Of a stretch of DNA of 35,645 bases, positions 34,504-35,645 are shown in pieces. Positions within the stretch are counted from its first letter, which is position 1, and each line of letters opens with the position of its first letter. The stretch comes from Macrostomum lignano (Eukaryota): contig NIVC01001041.1 of NCBI GenBank assembly GCA_002269645.1, positions 28,521 to 64,165 of the forward strand. The letters are read 5' to 3'. Below the pieces are notes generated by a model. The model saw nothing but the letters and a program-made list of their open reading frames with translations. It was not told the DNA's origin and made no database searches. Made by a program: the position numbers and the translations under genes.

Positions 34504-35645
34504 CGATTGGAGAACATGAATTGTGGCCCTTATAATTCATTCTTATAGCAAATCGGTTAGAGTAAAAAGTTATGACATAATCAATTTCTCAGTCAGCCAG
34601 TATCAGTCTCAATTTAAGTTAGCAATATGGTTACGCAATTTAAATCAAGTCGTGTGTGCATTTCTTTGGCACTGTTTTCAACTTGCTGTGATGCAATCTT
34701 TATCAGAATTGAAATTCAGTCAGTCAGGTTTTTCTCTAGCATTTTTACAATGCATTTCAGGTCGAAAGAGCTGCTTGACCTTTGCAGAAAATCAGTTTTT
34801 TCGAATATTTAATTCCTTTAATATTGATCAATTTCTTAGCCAAGATGCATGCACCATCCCAGGAAAATTTCTGATCGAATGGTGCAAGTTTGAAGAGAAT
34901 CGGTTGAGCCATTCTCGAAAAAATCAATTACACGCACGCACGATACTGATGTCACCTGTTAGATACTGATGTCACCTGTTAGATAATGGTGTCACGTGTT
35001 TGATACCGATATCGCCTGTTAGATACTGATGTCACTTGTATGATACTGATGTCACCTGTTAGATACTGATGTCACCTGTTAGATAATGGTGTCACGTGTT
35101 TGATACCGATATCGCCTGTTAGATACTGATGTCACTTGTATGATACTGATGTCACCTGTTAGATACTGACGTCACCTGTTAGATACTGACGTCACCTGTT
35201 AGATAAAGAAGTCACGTATTAGATACTGATGTCAGCTGTGAGACACTTATGTCACCTGTTAGATATCGATGTCACCTGTTAGATACTGATGTCACCTTTT
35301 TGATACTGATGTCACCTGTTAGATACTGATGTCACCTGTTAGATACTGGTGTCACCTGTTAGATACTGACGTCACCTGTTAGATACTAGAGTGACATGTT
35401 AGACACTGATGTCACCTGTTAGATACTGACGTCACCTGTTAGATACTGACTTAAAGTGTCGCTGGCAAACCCAAGCGACCATTCTCCATCTGTTTCGAGT
35501 TCAGCAACAAAAAATCCTCAGTTATAAGCATTTTTCTGCAAAATTTTTGCCATACAATTGCAAACTGAATTGAAAATCGTCAGAGAGCTCCGCTTGGTTT
35601 CCAGGCCTCAGCCCTGCCCTCCCTCCCCCCTCCATCTCTCTCCCC

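Larger units (their letters stand above)
28548..35645 (+). repeat. Second copy of segment ~545-7352 (direct segmental/tandem duplication, offset ~28.0-28.3 kb; runs off the window)
   Basis: Near-identical unique sequence in the same order, including the 87-mer, 20-mer, 23-mer and tRNA-like elements. The window end CCATCTCTCTCCCC corresponds to ~7339-7352. Confidence 0.97.

Overview
This is eukaryotic, repeat-saturated genomic DNA. By my tally about half the window is tandem repeats. The style of many unrelated minisatellites packed into introns resembles the flatworm Macrostomum lignano, but that is an inference and not verified. There is one well-supported gene, a 4-exon + strand gene (7770-9330, 10045-10131, 11059-11443, 11785-12270). 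It encodes an N-terminal ankyrin-repeat array fused to a Ser/Thr kinase of MAP3K/STE11-like appearance, about 839 aa once a 1-bp frameshift at ~8418 is repaired. The ankyrin array is built from near-identical 210-bp units whose differences cluster at predicted ligand-binding positions. Positions ~545-7352 recur at ~28548-35645, consistent with a ~28.3-kb tandem duplication. Its junction appears to lie in a dispersed, G-quadruplex-minisatellite-bearing repeat. Also present are a tRNA-like Pol III cassette (two copies), a family of related 20-23-bp satellites, and more than 15 distinct tandem arrays. Nearly all other ORFs in the track are artefacts of repeats.
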